In this document: piece by piece, positions 31,501 through 44,539 of the stretch
Layout of the letters: every line of letters starts with the position of its first letter
How positions within the stretch are numbered: the stretch's first letter is position 1
Source of the DNA: an uncultured Planctomycetota bacterium
GTDB taxonomy: Bacteria > Planctomycetota > Planctomycetia > Isosphaerales > Isosphaeraceae
Assembly (NCBI GenBank): GCA_963845755.1
Contig: CAWJTV010000041.1
Coordinates: 608,001-672,000 of the forward strand
Direction of reading: 5' to 3'
DNA: 64,000 nt
Program-made: the position numbers and the translations under genes
Notes under the pieces: model-generated
What the model was told of the DNA's origin: nothing
What the model saw: only the letters and a program-made list of their open reading frames with translations
Database searches by the model: none

Positions 31501-34500
31501 CATTGATCGGCGCGGAGATGAACGTCAGGGCATACTGGTCGCCCGGGAAGGCGTCGCCGGTCTGTGTCGCGTTCGGGTTCGCGGGGACGTCGGCGAACGT
31601 GCCGACGTACGTGTTGATGTCCAGCGGGTTGCCGTCGGGGTTCGGCACGGCGGTGCCGGGCTGGAGCCCGAGCGTGTTCTGATTACCGGAGCTGAGCAGG
31701 TACAGGCTCGCGCCCTGGTTGGCGACCTGGTAGTCCTCCAGCCGGTCGTTCAGCAGTTGGCCCGAGCCGAGCCGGGTGACCATCTGGCCGGGGCCGACGG
31801 TCAGCACGGCCAGCGCCGTGCCGCTCTGGGCGTCGCGGAACGTCACGTCGATCGTTTGGCTCGTGGGGTTGAAGGCCACGAAGCTTCGCTGGCCGTCCTG
31901 GATGAAGGCGGCGTAGCTGGGCGCGTTCGCGGTCACGGTCGGATCGACCTGGCCGAGGTCCTGGAGGGTATCGATCCAGTTCAGCGCCTGGGTGCGCGTG
32001 GTGCCCAGGTAGCCGTTGTTCACCATGTTGTCGGGCGCGGGGGGGATGATCGCCGTGTTGAAGCTGGGGTCGAGCCGCAGCAGCGCATTGGACGGGCCGG
32101 GCTGATTGAGCCCGACGCCGTCGTTGGGCATCAGTGCCTGATAGGCGGCCACCAGCAGCTCGTAGACTCCCTCGTTGGCCGGGGTCTGGGCGTTGTAATC
32201 CTGGATGAACTGGGGCCAGTTCTCCTCCAGGAAACTCTGGTTCTGACCCAGGTAGAGGCTCTGGGCCGAGATCGGCAGCCAGTTGATGGCATACGTGCCT
32301 TCGGCATAGTTGGGGTCGGCGAAGAACGTGGAGCGGGTCGGGCCGTTCTGCTCGGGATTGGCAATCTGGGTCACGCTGACCGGCGTGCTGTTGAGGTTGT
32401 ACTGCACGAACTCCTGGGGCCAGTTGCCGAAATTGCCCTGGGACGGGTCGGCGTTCTCGTTGAACCAGTACTCCTTCTCGGCCTCGATCTCCGTCGTATA
32501 GAGGTAGATGCCGCCGTCCTGCCACTGCACGTCGCCCAGCAGCATGCCCAGTTGGGCCATCGACGAGTCGAACTGGAGGGACTCGGCGATCGACTCCATG
32601 TTCTCGCCGCCCTGGCCGAGCCCGTCGGCCCAGCTATGGCCCTCGAACGCGTTGAACTCGCGGAGGAAGGGGAGGTTCGGATCGTTGCGGTTGAAGTTGG
32701 CGACGTCGTTGATGAGCAGCGTGATCTGCGGTTTCAGGTCGTCGACGAACTGGGGGTCGAACTGGGCTACGGTGGCGAAGGCGTTGAGGAAGTATCCATA
32801 GTGAAAGTTATGATCATTAATCGAGAAGTCGCTGCCGAAGCCCGCCGGGTAACCGATCACCGTGTCGTAGGTGGTATTGAGCTGGAAGACCCGGCCGGTC
32901 GCGGCGTCGAACCAGGAATACAGGGCCGCCTCCAGGTCCTGGAGGACGCGGTTCAGCCACGATGTCGCGGTCGCGCGCTGGTCCGGCGTGAGCAGGCTGG
33001 TCGGTGCCGCGAGCTGGTCGATGATGACGAGCTGCTCGCTCAGCAGCGTCAATCCGGTCTCGTAGGTATTGTCGGTCGGGCCGATCACGGCGCTGGGGTT
33101 TTGCAAGTATGCGTTGAACCACTGGGCCGCGTCGTCGTAGAGGGCCTCGGCCTGCGCGGGGTCCGTCTGGGCCGCCACGCTCGGCAGGTAGGGCAGGATG
33201 CCCGAGTACGGCAATTGAGTGGCGAACGTGTTGGTCGGGCTGGAATAAAGCTTCGCCGTGCCGTCGATGGTCAAGTACTGGAGCGGTTCCGCGACCCCGT
33301 TGATCGGGTACGTGAGGAAGTTCGTCTGGTCGCCGGGGAGCAGGTTGTCGTACTGGGCGGGATAGAGGATCTCGTCGGTCGGCTCGGCGTCGTCGGTGGC
33401 GACGGTGTACTTGGTCGTGACCAGGCTGGTTGTCTGGTCATAGCCGAACGTGACCTGCTGACCGTCGTAGGTCTCCTGCTCGGGGGTCGGGGCGGACACC
33501 TGGGTGGCGCCGGTGTTGTTTGCGGGGAAGTTGAACGCCACCGCGCTCGAATTGGGGGAGCCGGCCGGGGGGGCGTAGAACATCTGGGCGATGCCCAACT
33601 GGTCGGCCGCCGGCAGGGCGACGAACGGCGTCTCTCCGACCATGTGCGGCAGCAGGACGACCACCATCTTGCCGTTGGCGATCCCGTTGTCCACCCAGAG
33701 TTGAAGCTGGTTTGCGGCCGCGTTGGTATAATTCGGCGCCAACTGCCACGAGCCCGTCTGGGCGATGACCAGGTAGCTGCTGATGTTCTGATGGGTGACG
33801 CCCGAATTGTCGGTCCAGACGACGGTGCTGGTCACGCCCAGGACGTTCGACGGGAGCGTCTGGCCCGCGAGATCCCGGCCCCAGATCTGGTTGGTCGCCC
33901 CCGGGCCGATCGGGGAGAGCCAGACGTCGGCCGGCGCCGGGCCCTGCTTGGTGAAATCGATGAACGGGCTGCCATTGTCGATGTTGATGGTCAGCGTGTT
34001 GGCCTCGGTACTCGGGTCGTTGGCACCCTGGGCCGTGGTGGCGTCGCCGTAGACGAGCTGGACGCCCCAGTCGGAGTACTGGTTGACGCGGACCATCAAC
34101 TGCGATTCGTCGGGGCCGTGTGCATTGACCGGGTTCCCGGTCTGCAGGGCCTGAGGGTCGATGAGCGGGGCGATCCCCGGGTCCGCCACGCCCTGTTCGA
34201 TCCGCTTGCCCGAGCCGATGCCGACGGTCAGCGGCGTCAATTGAGGGACGTAGAACGCTCGGTTGGTCGTCGCCTCGGGACCCTGCGGTCCCGGAGTGAT
34301 CCCGAACGTGTCCGGGTTGAAGATGGACAGCCCCTGGACCCAGTCGCCGGTCGCCGCATTGAACTGGTTATTCGTGAACCTCAGCACGGCCGGGTCGGAG
34401 TAGAGGAATTGATTGCTGTACTGGAAGCTCGCCCCATTGACCGTCGTGGGGTCGGTGCGGAACATCAGGTTGCTCCACCAATCGCTCGATTCGACCGCCT

Positions 34501-34870
34501 GGTTGAATTCGTCGCTGCCGTTGGTGGTGAACGGCACGTTGACGTCTTTCGGGGGGTCGGAGAGCCCATTCGTGCCCGGCACCTGGTAAATGCCGGAGAC
34601 GGAACCATTCGTGTTCAACGAGGGCACGATGGTGGTCGTGCCATTCTCCGTTTGCGGGGCCCAGAACATATTCAGCGGCTGGCCGGTTGTGGGATCGGTC
34701 GGCGGCGTGGGGCCCATCAGGACCGTTCCCGGATCCACGGTCAGGAGCACTCGGCCTTCCAGCCTCTCCAGTGACAACGACTGACGTTTGCGGCTTCGAC
34801 CTCGACGGCGGCTCACCGGACGGGTGAAACGGGAACGATCGTTGTGCAATCGGCTTGATGACTGGGTCAT
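25563..34870 (-). CDS. Giant secreted/surface protein: planctomycete LExRxLL N-terminal motif, GH81 endo-beta-1,3-glucanase domain, many Ig-like repeats, C-terminal FG-GAP-like region (about 3100 aa; frameshifts at about 30480, 30270, 29840)
   Basis: LERLEGRVLL; SSDWWS; INDHNFHYGYF, FEGHSWADG, ENMESIAES (GH81); repeated VTVTFS.PV.GF and SGSGT.TLTFDYTV units; ADLNRDGSSEII. Confidence 0.85.
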
Positions 34871-35485
34871 GGAAGGGGCTTTCCCAAAGAGGAGGCCGGG
34901 GAAGGGGCAGCACGGTCCGGTCGCAAGGACCTTCAACGTATCGAGTTGTCGGCAGTTCCGACGAACCCGGAAACACCAGCCGGACCGCACCAACGGGGAC
35001 TGGCGACCCGGACGCGGACGGCGAATGTCCCGCACCGGCTTCGAGCACGGGTCGATCTCGGTCGGATTGGCAGCGGCGCGACACGAATCCCCCGGGTCAC
35101 ACGCCATGGCTGGGTGGAATCGACGTTGTTCGGGATCGTGTGCCTTTGCGTCGCTCGGAAAGTTCAGTATCCTCTACCATTGAGTACGGTTCCGGGAGGC
35201 GTCATCTCAATCTGAGGCTGTAAGAAAAAACGGATTCGTCGGGTGGGCGGAGTTAGACTCGGCTCGGTGCAGCCCAGTCGGCGACCGGACTGGATCGTTC
35301 CGTGGGTCGGCTGCGCCGGCCTCCACGAAGAGGCTTTGAACGGTCGATTCCCCATCATGAGCTGCCGATGGGAAATGACCGTAACTTTCGTCCGAACAGG
35401 GCATTACGTTCATTGAATCTTGAATTTGGAATCCTCCATCCTTTCAGAGGCTCTCACCCTACAGGCTTGAACCGGATCTCCTCCG

Positions 35486-36154
35486 ATGGCGAAGGCGAAA
35501 GGCACCGAGACGAGCACGACCTTGCTGGGCCGGCTGGCGCTCTTCCCGCTCGATCAGGCGGCCTGGGAGGAGTTTGTGGAGCGGTACGGGCCCCTGGTGG
35601 TCAACTGGTGCCGGCGGTGGGGCGCCCAGGAGGCGGATGCCCTGGACGTCACCCAGGTCGTGCTGGCCAAGCTGGCGGTGCAGATGCGACGATTCGCCTA
35701 CGACTCGTCGCGGAGCTTCCGGACCTGGCTGCACACCGTCGCGCTGAATGCCTGGCGCGATAGCCGGGATGCGCGGCGGCCGGACGCCGGCAGCGGCCAT
35801 TCCGAGACGCTCGACTTCCTGCACAACCTGGAAGCGCGCGACGACCTGGTGCGTCGGCTGGAGCAGCAGTACGACCTGGAGCTGCTGGACGAGGCAGGCC
35901 GTCGGGTGCGCGGGCGGGTGCAACCGCGGACCTGGGATGCTTATGAGCTGACGGCCGTTCAGGGCGTCTCCGGCGCCGAGGCCGCGGCGCGGCTGGGCAT
36001 CAGCGTGGGCTCGGTCTTCATGGCCAAGGCGAACGTGTTGCGGATGCTCCGCGAAGAGATCCAGGCCGTGGACGAGCGAATCGATCCCGGCGAGGCCGCC
36101 GGAGGGCCGAACGCGCCGCCCACGCCCCCGCCGATTGAGGATCGACCGGGATGA
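35486..36154 (+). CDS. ECF RNA polymerase sigma factor
   Basis: [35 protein letters not shown]; region 4 [17 protein letters not shown]. Confidence 0.93.
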   Translation: MAKAKGTETSTTLLGRLALFPLDQAAWEEFVERYGPLVVNWCRRWGAQEADALDVTQVVLAKLAVQMRRFAYDSSRSFRTWLHTVALNAWRDSRDARRPDAGSGHSETLDFLHNLEARDDLVRRLEQQYDLELLDEAGRRVRGRVQPRTWDAYELTAVQGVSGAEAAARLGISVGSVFMAKANVLRMLREEIQAVDERIDPGEAAGGPNAPPTPPPIEDRPG

Positions 36155-39100
36155 GCGCGTGCCCGTCCGCCGAGGTGCTGGAACAGTTCGTCAACGGCCG
36201 GCTCGGCGGCGCGGAGAGTACCTCGGTCGAGGCTCACGTCGGTATCTGCCCGGCGTGCCAGCGAATCCTCGAGGACCTCACCCCCGCGCTGGGCAGCTCG
36301 ACGAGGCCGGAGGAGCCGGGAGGATCGGCCTTCGATGCCTCGGCCCTCGACCGCCTCAAGGCCCATCGGCCGTTGATCGTCCACGAGCAGCCGGCCGGGC
36401 CGCCCGGCGCACCTTCGATCCCGCTCCGCCCGTCTCACGCGGGCGGCGACCCGGGATCCAGCCGGGCTTCCGGCCGCGATGCGGCCACGCCGCCGCCCCC
36501 GACCGCGCCCCTGGCGATCGCCGGTTTCGAGATCGTGCGCGAGGTGGGCCGGGGCGGCATGGGGATCGTCTACGAGGCGATCGAGCTGGCACTGGGCCGC
36601 CGCGTGGCTTTGAAAGTCCTGCCGCCGCTGTCGGCGGGACCGACGGCCGCCGCCCGATTCCGTCGCGAGGCGCGCCGCCGCCGGTCGGCTGCACCACACC
36701 AACATCGTGCCGATCTTCGGGGTGGGCTCCGACGACGGCCTGTTGTATTACGCGATGCAGTTCATCGAGGGCGAAGGTCTCGACCGGCTCATCGACCGGC
36801 TCCGACGGGACCGGACGCTCCTGGCCCGATCAGGGCTCAGGTCCGGGCTCGACCGGACGCGGGCCGAGCCGATGGAACCAGATCGCGCCCCGGACAGCCC
36901 CGCGACGCCCCCCACGCCCGCCGAGAGCGGCCCCCTCGCCCCGTCCTCCGGTGCCGCGAGTCTCGTCCATGCCCGACACGTCGCCCGCATCGGCCTCCAG
37001 GTCGCCGATGCCCTCGACTATGCCCACCAGAGCGGCTTCCTTCATCGCGACATCAAGCCGTCGAACATCTTGCTCGATCAGGCCGGCACGGCCTGGGTCG
37101 CCGACTTCGGCCTGGCCAAGAGCGCCGAACTCGAGGAAGACCTGACCCACACCGGAGACATCATCGGCACGCTCCGCTACATGCCTCCGGAGCGGTTCGA
37201 CGGCCACTCCGACGCCCGCGGCGATGTCTATGCCCTCGGCGCGACCCTCTACGAGTTGTTGACGCTTCGACCGGTCTTCGACGACCCCGACCGCACCCGG
37301 CTGATCGAGCGCGTGCTGGAGTCCGAGCCGATCCCGCCGCGTCAGCTCGACCGCCGCGTGCCCCGCGACCTCGAGACGATCGTGCTCAAGGCGATGGCCA
37401 AGAGCCCGTCGGCGCGGTATGCCACGGCCGGCCTCCTGGCCGAGGACCTGCGGCGATTCCTCGAAGGCCGGCCGATCACGGCGCGCCGGGTAGGGATGCG
37501 AGAGCGCGCCGTCCGCTGGGCGCGGCGGCGGCCCCTGGCGGCGGCGCTCAGTGCGATCGTGACGCTGCTGCTGGCCTCACTGCTGGGCCTGGGCGCCTGG
37601 TCCTACGTGCGAATCAGCCGCACCCTGGGCATCGAGGCCAGGACCCGTCGGGAGATGGAACGACTCTCGGCCGATCTCGTCCTGGACCGGGGCATTGCCC
37701 TCGCCGAAGACCGGCAAATCGGCCCGGGCCTGCTCTGGATGCTCCGGAGCCTGGACCTGGCACCGTCCGGTGCCCTGGGCCTGAGGCGGGCGGCCCATGG
37801 CAACCTCGCGGCCTGGCTCGACCAGACGATCGTCCCGCGGCTCATCATCCCCACCGGCAACCCGATCGAGTGCTTCGCCCTGAGTCCCGACGGTCGGACG
37901 GCCGTGACGGGTCATTCCGACGGCCGTCTGCGGACCTGGGACCTGACGTCCGGCCAGCCGTTGGGCTCCGTGATGGCGCACCGGGGCAACGTGCTCGCCG
38001 TGACGTACCGGCCCGGCGGCGCCGTCATCGCCTCCAGCGGGCTCCACACCGACTCGACCGCACGGCTCTGGGATGCTGCCTCCTTGCGACCGATTGGCGA
38101 GCCGATGCGGCATCCCGCCGGCTCGCAGGTCTTCCACGTGTTCCGGCCCGACGGTCAGGTCCTGGTGACGTACAGTCCCGACGACGGGACCGTGCGCGCC
38201 TGGGACGCGACGAGCGGACGGTCGATGGCCCCGCCCATCTTCCACATGCGCGTCGTCCACGCCACGTTCAGCCCCGACGGCACGCGGCTGGCGACGACGA
38301 GCATCGAGCGCGAGGCCCGGCTCTGGGACCTCGCCAACGGCCGCCCGCTCGGCAAGCCGATGAGGCATCAGAGCGCCGTCTGGGACGCGGCGTTCAGCCC
38401 CGACGGTCGTCGAACTCGCGACCGTCAACGGCGATTTCCAGGAGCGGAGCCGCGACTCGAAGGTGGACGGACATGTGCGGGTCTGGGATGTAAACACCGG
38501 CCGGCCACTCGCCACGGGGCCGGCCGTCCGGCCTGGTCTCTGCACCGTCGCCTTCCACTCCGACGGCCGTCGGATCGTCGCCGGGGGCTTCAACGGCTTC
38601 GCCCACCTCTTCGAAGCCGAGACCGCCCAGCCTATCGGCGTGACGATGACTCATGCGGAATGGATTCGATTCATCGTTTTCAGCCCCGACGCCCGGATCG
38701 CCCTGACCGGCAGCGACGACGGCATCGCCCGGCTCTTCGACGCCGAGACGGGCCAGGCGCTCGGCTCGATCATGGAGCACGGCCAGGAGGTGGTCGGCGC
38801 CCAGTTCGGCCCCGACGGCAAGACGATCATCACGGCCAGCCGCGACGGCTCGCTTCGGGTCTGGGACGGCCACGGCGTCGCCCCGACCGGCCGTCCCCTG
38901 GCCCGGCTCTCCGGCGTCCAGACCGTCGAGTTCAGCCCCGACGGCCGGCTCGTGGCGACCGCCAGCTTCGACGGCACGGTCCGGCTCTTCGACGTCGCCA
39001 ACGGCCAGCCCATCGGCCCGCCGTTGTTCCACGCGGGCCGCGTGCGCAGGCGCGGTTCCGGCCGGACGGCAAGGTCCTCGCCACCGGCGGCGACGATCGC

Positions 39101-41101
39101 GCCATTCGTCTCTGGGACGTCGCCACCGGCCGCCCCATCGGCGCCCCCCTGCTCCACGGCCACTGGGTCGTCAACCTCCGGTTCAGCCCGGACGGGAGGC
39201 GCCTCCTGGCCGGTCGTGTGGAAGGCGAGGCCATGCTCTGGGACCTGTCCGTCTCACCGCCGCGCGGCATCGCGCTGGAACACCCCAGCCGGATCCCTGG
39301 CCACGAAGTCTGGAACGTGTTGTTCACCCGGGACGGCCGAACGGCGATCACGGCCTCGACCGACGGCAGCCTACGATTCTGGGAAGCGGCGACCGGCCGG
39401 CTCGACGGTTCCCTCGAGTTCGCGGGCCACACCCGGCAGTTCCTCCTCAATGGGACCGGACGGTCCTTGCTGCTCCTGAGCGGCGGCCAGGTGCACACCG
39501 TGGATTGTGAGAGCCATCGTGAGAGGACCTCGCCCTTCGGCGACCGCATCCTGGCCATTGCGCTGAGCCCCGACGGCAAGACGTTGCTGTCCGGAGGGTC
39601 GGACAAGGCCGCCCGACTCTGGGACCTCGAGACCGGCCGGCCGATCGGGTCGACGATGCGACACGACGGGGTGGTCGTGGGCGTGGCCTTCAGCCCGGAT
39701 GGATCGACCGCCGCGACCGTGACCGGGGCCGGCCGGGTCCGGTTCTGGGACGCCGCCATCGGCAAGCCGATCGGTCCCTACCTGGAACATGGCAACTGGG
39801 TCACGCGGTACGGCAGCCGATGACCGGCAGCCCCTGGCCTTCTTCCCCGACGGCCACGCCCTGATCACCGCCGGCAACGCCGTCGTCGTGTGGCCCGTCC
39901 CGGCTGTGAACCGCGCCGATCGCGCGGATCGCATCGCGCGGATTCCCAGCCTGGTCGGCCTCCGGTACGACGAACAGGGAGAGTTGCAGCGACTCAGCCC
40001 TGGGGAATGGGCGCGGGCGATCGGCGATCGGCTCGCCGGGGCGGCGGTGCCGCCCGACGCGCTCGACTGGCACGATCGGACCGCCGCCCATTGCGAGAAC
40101 TTCGGGCCGGCCTGGGCGGCGTTGTGGCACCTCGATCGTCTGATCGCCGCCCGATCCAACCAGTGGTCCCTGTTCGCACGCCGCGCCCGCATCTATCGGC
40201 AACTCGGCGACCCGGCGCACGCCGAAGCTGACGAGGCGCGCGCCGCGCGCTGGGACCGCCGGACGAGGTTCGCGCCTGGCAGACTCACGAGGCCAACGAC
40301 CTCGCCGCCGCGGCCGAGTCCGCACATCGATGGGCCGAGGCCCGCACGCGGCTCGACGGCCTGATCGACTCCCTCGGGCCCGTCGCCGGCCTGTCCATGC
40401 GACGCGCCGAGGCGCACGCCAGCCTCGGCCACTGGGCCGAGGCCGCCGACGACATGGAAACGGCGTTCCGCTCCGGTTTCGCCTTCTCCGAACCGACCGA
40501 CGCCGCCTTCCGTCGCCGCCTGGCGACCTACGACCCTCATCCGGATCGCCACGATCTCGAATCCCTCGTCATTTATCGCCTGGCGTCCGGAGCGCGGCAG
40601 GGCTATCGCGCCATCGGCTCGATGCTCCGGAGTTGGACCTCACGCGATGCGCGCCCGGGTATCGCGATCCTGGTCGTCTATCTCCTGACGATGGGCCCGG
40701 ATGGCTCGGCCGACCCCGGCGACACCGTGCGCCTGGCCGAATCCGCGATCGCCGCGCTGTCCCCCGAGGAAGCGCTGGGGGCTCAACGTTACCTGGGTGC
40801 GGCGCTGTACCGTGCCGGCCGTTATGCGGAGGCCGTCTCCCATCTGGAATCCGGCCGCAACGGCAGGGACGGGACGGAGGCCCCTGGAACTGGGCCTTCC
40901 TGGCGATGGCACACACTCGACTCGGCCACGACGCCGAGTCCCGCCGATGGCTCGAGCACTTCCCCCCCCGGCCCGATATCGGCCGAGGGACCGACTCGCT
41001 CCCGTCCGTCGATGACCTCGAGATCGACCTGCTCCGCCGCGAGGCCGAGGCGGTGGTCGCTGCTCGATCCGCGATTCCCCGCCGAACCGTTCGGGCCCTG
41101 A
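36151..41101 (+). CDS. Ser/Thr protein kinase with N-terminal zinc-finger (HxxxCxxC), TM segment, WD40 repeats and TPR-like tail; several frameshifts
   Basis: [42 protein letters not shown]; many FSPDG/LWD repeats; ATGA overlap with the ECF stop. Confidence 0.9.
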
Positions 41102-41137
41102 TGTGACCCCGGGGACGGCAAGGATCCCCCGGGCCGA

Positions 41138-43405
41138 TCAGGCCATCGCCACGGCCAGGTCGTCGATGTGCGCGGCACACGCCGCGTCGCGGGCAGGCGG
41201 TCCTTCGTCGATCGGCAGTTTGGCGAACAGATCGGCGAGCGCGGTCTTATAGTTCTTCCATCGCCCGACCGATCGGCGATAGATCGGCTGGCGGACCTGG
41301 GTGACGCTGGCAGTCCTGACCGGTCGCTGGGTGCGGTGAAACTCCAGGCAGGCCGGCTCCCACTCGAGGCCGCACGCCGCGATCAGCCGCGCGCCGATCC
41401 CCTCCAGGTCGGCCACGGTTTCCTCGTAGTCCACCTCGTGGATCGGCACCGGCAGCACGCTCTGCCAGTGGCCCATCAGCCGGCGGTATAGCCGGAACTG
41501 ATCGGCGATGTGATCGGGATTGTTGGCCCAATGGATCATGCTGAAATGAGTCATCCAGCAGGAGACGGCCACGTCGCGGAGGTCGCGTCGGCAATGAATG
41601 AATGTCGCCCATGGGAACAGCGTCGCAAGGAGACCCAGATGTGTATAATTGCCAGGCATCTTATCCACGATTCGCTCAACTCGCCCCTTATCACGGGCCG
41701 ACAACCACTCCAGGTGCTGGACGGCCAATCGAAGGATGACCGCTTCGTCCAGGTGGGCGACACACTCCAAGGGCGGCCCAGGCCGGCCTACCATGGCGGG
41801 AAGCGATTCGAACGATCTCTGTGCTAGTCCCAGCTCGCCGGCACCATGGATGAGGGAGTGGCTTGCCAGCACCTGTTCAATGAGCGTGGTGCCCGAGCGC
41901 GGCAGACCGAAAACGAAGACTGGTCGGCGCGAGTCCGACCCGAAGCCCGCTATTCTGGTGAAGAAGTCGGTACCAAAGACTTCGAGTAGTCGGTCTGCGA
42001 CGGAACCGCTGTCAACTGGCGCGCACCAGCAATCGCCCCATGTCTTCCTCGACGACAAGGCATTAGCCTCACGCAAGCACTCGGCCGCACGATCGTATTC
42101 GCCCCGCCCATCAAGCACGTGAGCCAGTCCGAACAGGAGTCTTGCTCGTGGCCTCCCGCCGAGTTGGAGATCAGCCAGCCTCGCCTCCAGCGCGGCAAGG
42201 TCCTCGTCGGGCAGCCGGCCACGGAGCAGGGTCGCGAGCCGAGCGTGCGCGGCGGGAAACATGGGCTGGATCGCCATCGATTTGCGGAACGCGGCCTCGG
42301 CCTCATCCAGGTTTCCACGAATCTCATGGAGTCCACCGAGCTGAACCTGAACCGAGGGCGAATCCGGTTGGAGGCGTAGAGCAACATGGTAATGTGTCTC
42401 GGCCTCGTCCACGCGCCCATCTCCCTCTTTCGCCCTCCCGAGTGAGAGATGGAGGCCCGCACGATCGTCTCCCGCCAGACTCAGAGCGTGCTCGAGACAG
42501 GCGATCGCCTGGGTGGGCTCCCCCAGTTCCTCGAACAGGTCGCCGAGGGATCCCTGGAAGCTCCCGTTATTCGGGTCTAACTCGACGGCCTGCTTGAGCC
42601 ATGGCAGAGCCTCATGGGGTCGATCTTCTCGGAGCAACGTCCATCCGATGTGGGCGTGGGCGGGGGCCAAGTCGGGGTCGAGGCGTAAGGCGTCGAGGTA
42701 GGCGGCTCGGGCCTCGACGTCTCGATTGAGTGCCCGCAAGGCATTGCCGAGATTGTGATGCACGATGGGAAGATCGGGCTGGAGTCGCACGGCCTCCTCA
42801 CAATGCGGCAGGGCCTCCTCCGCGCGACCTCGCTCCATAAGCATCTGGCCGAGATTGGTTAGAGCGGGAGCAAAAGCCGGGTTGAGCTCGACGGCGCGGC
42901 GGAAGTGCCCCAGAGCCTCATCGCGTTGGCCAAGCTCGCGAAGGGCGATGCCGAGGTTATTGTGGACGGGCGCCAGATCCTCCCGCAGCTCCAGAGCCCG
43001 CCGGAACTGGGAGACAGCCTCCTCATACCGCCCCATTTGTTGGAATGACAGGCCAAGGTTGCAGAGCGCCTCCGGACAATCTGGCCACAACTTGAGGGCC
43101 AGTCGGCAGGAACCGACCGCAAGCTCCAATTGTCCAAGCCCGCGATACGCCTCGGCCAGATTGGCGTGGTATGCGGGGACGCTGGGACACAACGCCAGCG
43201 CCCGACCGATCAGTTCAACGGCCCTGGCGTCGTCGCCACGCTGATGATTGAGAATGCCGAACCAGTGGAGCGCGGAGCCGTTCTTCTCATCCAGGGCCAA
43301 GCTCCTTTCGTACAAGGCCGCAGCTTCTGCGAAATCCCCAGCTTGGTGTTTGTCGACGGCGCTCGCCAGAATGTCCTGCGCGCTAGGAGAATTCAGGGTT
43401 GCCAT
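41138..43405 (-). CDS. TPR-repeat sulfotransferase family protein
   Basis: Multiple TPRs; PVFVFGLPRSGTTLIEQVLASH, DKMPGN, RRDLRDVAVSC, TASVTQVRQPIY. Confidence 0.93.
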   Translation of the reverse strand: MATLNSPSAQDILASAVDKHQAGDFAEAAALYERSLALDEKNGSALHWFGILNHQRGDDARAVELIGRALALCPSVPAYHANLAEAYRGLGQLELAVGSCRLALKLWPDCPEALCNLGLSFQQMGRYEEAVSQFRRALELREDLAPVHNNLGIALRELGQRDEALGHFRRAVELNPAFAPALTNLGQMLMERGRAEEALPHCEEAVRLQPDLPIVHHNLGNALRALNRDVEARAAYLDALRLDPDLAPAHAHIGWTLLREDRPHEALPWLKQAVELDPNNGSFQGSLGDLFEELGEPTQAIACLEHALSLAGDDRAGLHLSLGRAKEGDGRVDEAETHYHVALRLQPDSPSVQVQLGGLHEIRGNLDEAEAAFRKSMAIQPMFPAAHARLATLLRGRLPDEDLAALEARLADLQLGGRPRARLLFGLAHVLDGRGEYDRAAECLREANALSSRKTWGDCWCAPVDSGSVADRLLEVFGTDFFTRIAGFGSDSRRPVFVFGLPRSGTTLIEQVLASHSLIHGAGELGLAQRSFESLPAMVGRPGPPLECVAHLDEAVILRLAVQHLEWLSARDKGRVERIVDKMPGNYTHLGLLATLFPWATFIHCRRDLRDVAVSCWMTHFSMIHWANNPDHIADQFRLYRRLMGHWQSVLPVPIHEVDYEETVADLEGIGARLIAACGLEWEPACLEFHRTQRPVRTASVTQVRQPIYRRSVGRWKNYKTALADLFAKLPIDEGPPARDAACAAHIDDLAVAMA

Positions 43406-43465
43406 GAGCGCCACCACCTCCAGAAACTCGCGAACTCGATTGGCGGAAGTGAACACTGCCGTGAT

Positions 43466-44539
43466 TCAGAGCGAGCCGGAATCAACGACCTCGCTCCCCG
43501 AGCGCGTCGACACCGATTGCCAAACACCGGGAGTCGGAAGATTGACCCACCAGCCGCCGGCGCTCCGCGAAGCGCCAGCGGGTTTCCCGCTGACTGGACT
43601 CAAAGGCCAAGACTGGATCGAATCCTTGACGAATCGCACCGATCCATCCCCCATCAAGACGTTCACGCCACCTGGGTGGAGGCTCGAAGCCGAGCTGGTC
43701 CACGACCCTGTCGCACCCAGCGTGACTTTCTCGTAGGCGTTTGGGGGATAGAGAGCCGCGATCAAAGTGTCTCCCCAATTACCCGTGATGTACCAGCCGT
43801 GCTTGGCAAAGAGATTAGGATCGACCACATCCAACTCCTGAAGGATCGTCGTCAACTTCTCGGCCACGAAGATGGTGTTGCTCAATCCATCGGTGACGGA
43901 GGCCAGGCGGATCGGTGAGAGATCGTTGAATACGCCGTTGGACTGGGCCAGGAGCGGTGAGGCCACAACGCAGCCGTTACGAGGCGAGGGGAACGCATCC
44001 ACAGCCAGAGAACCCATCGAGCCTGCGTAGCTGGTGAACACCATCCACGAGGGATCGGGAACCCCGAATCGAGTCAGGGCACCGGGGTTGAGCCTGCGGG
44101 GTGAGCCGGACATCGGATCGCTCGGACAGGCGAAGCAGGAAATCGCCACCGAATGCGCCGTGCTGTTCTCGGCGCCCACGATGGCCAGGCTCTGATTGAT
44201 CGCGTTGAAAAGGGCACTCTCTTCCAGGAACGGCAGGATGAAGACCTCGAAGCTCTTGTCAATGAACATGGCCGTACAAGGAGGGTTGGACCCGTCGTAC
44301 CGCGGATCGTAGGTTGTGATGCGACCGGGTGGCAGTGATGTGAATGCATCATGGTAACCGTGCAATGCCAGGCCGATCTGATTGAGGTTGTTCGTGCATT
44401 GGAGGCGACGGACCGACTCACGGGCCGACTGCACGGCCGGCAGCGTCAGTGCGATCAACAGACCCACGACTGAGATGGCGACGAGCATCTCAACGAGAGT
44501 GAAGCCAGGCGACCTGGTCCAATTAGCTGGAGTGTTCAC
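43466..44539 (-). CDS. DUF1559 protein
   Basis: [37 protein letters not shown]. Confidence 0.92.
   Translation of the reverse strand: MNTPANWTRSPGFTLVEMLVAISVVGLLIALTLPAVQSARESVRRLQCTNNLNQIGLALHGYHDAFTSLPPGRITTYDPRYDGSNPPCTAMFIDKSFEVFILPFLEESALFNAINQSLAIVGAENSTAHSVAISCFACPSDPMSGSPRRLNPGALTRFGVPDPSWMVFTSYAGSMGSLAVDAFPSPRNGCVVASPLLAQSNGVFNDLSPIRLASVTDGLSNTIFVAEKLTTILQELDVVDPNLFAKHGWYITGNWGDTLIAALYPPNAYEKVTLGATGSWTSSASSLHPGGVNVLMGDGSVRFVKDSIQSWPLSPVSGKPAGASRSAGGWWVNLPTPGVWQSVSTRSGSEVVDSGSL

Noticed and set aside
26475..34774. Very long plus-strand ORFs (26475-29897, 30800-34774) and similar antisense ORFs elsewhere
   Set aside because: Shadow ORFs of high-GC coding sequence on the opposite strand; no recognisable motifs
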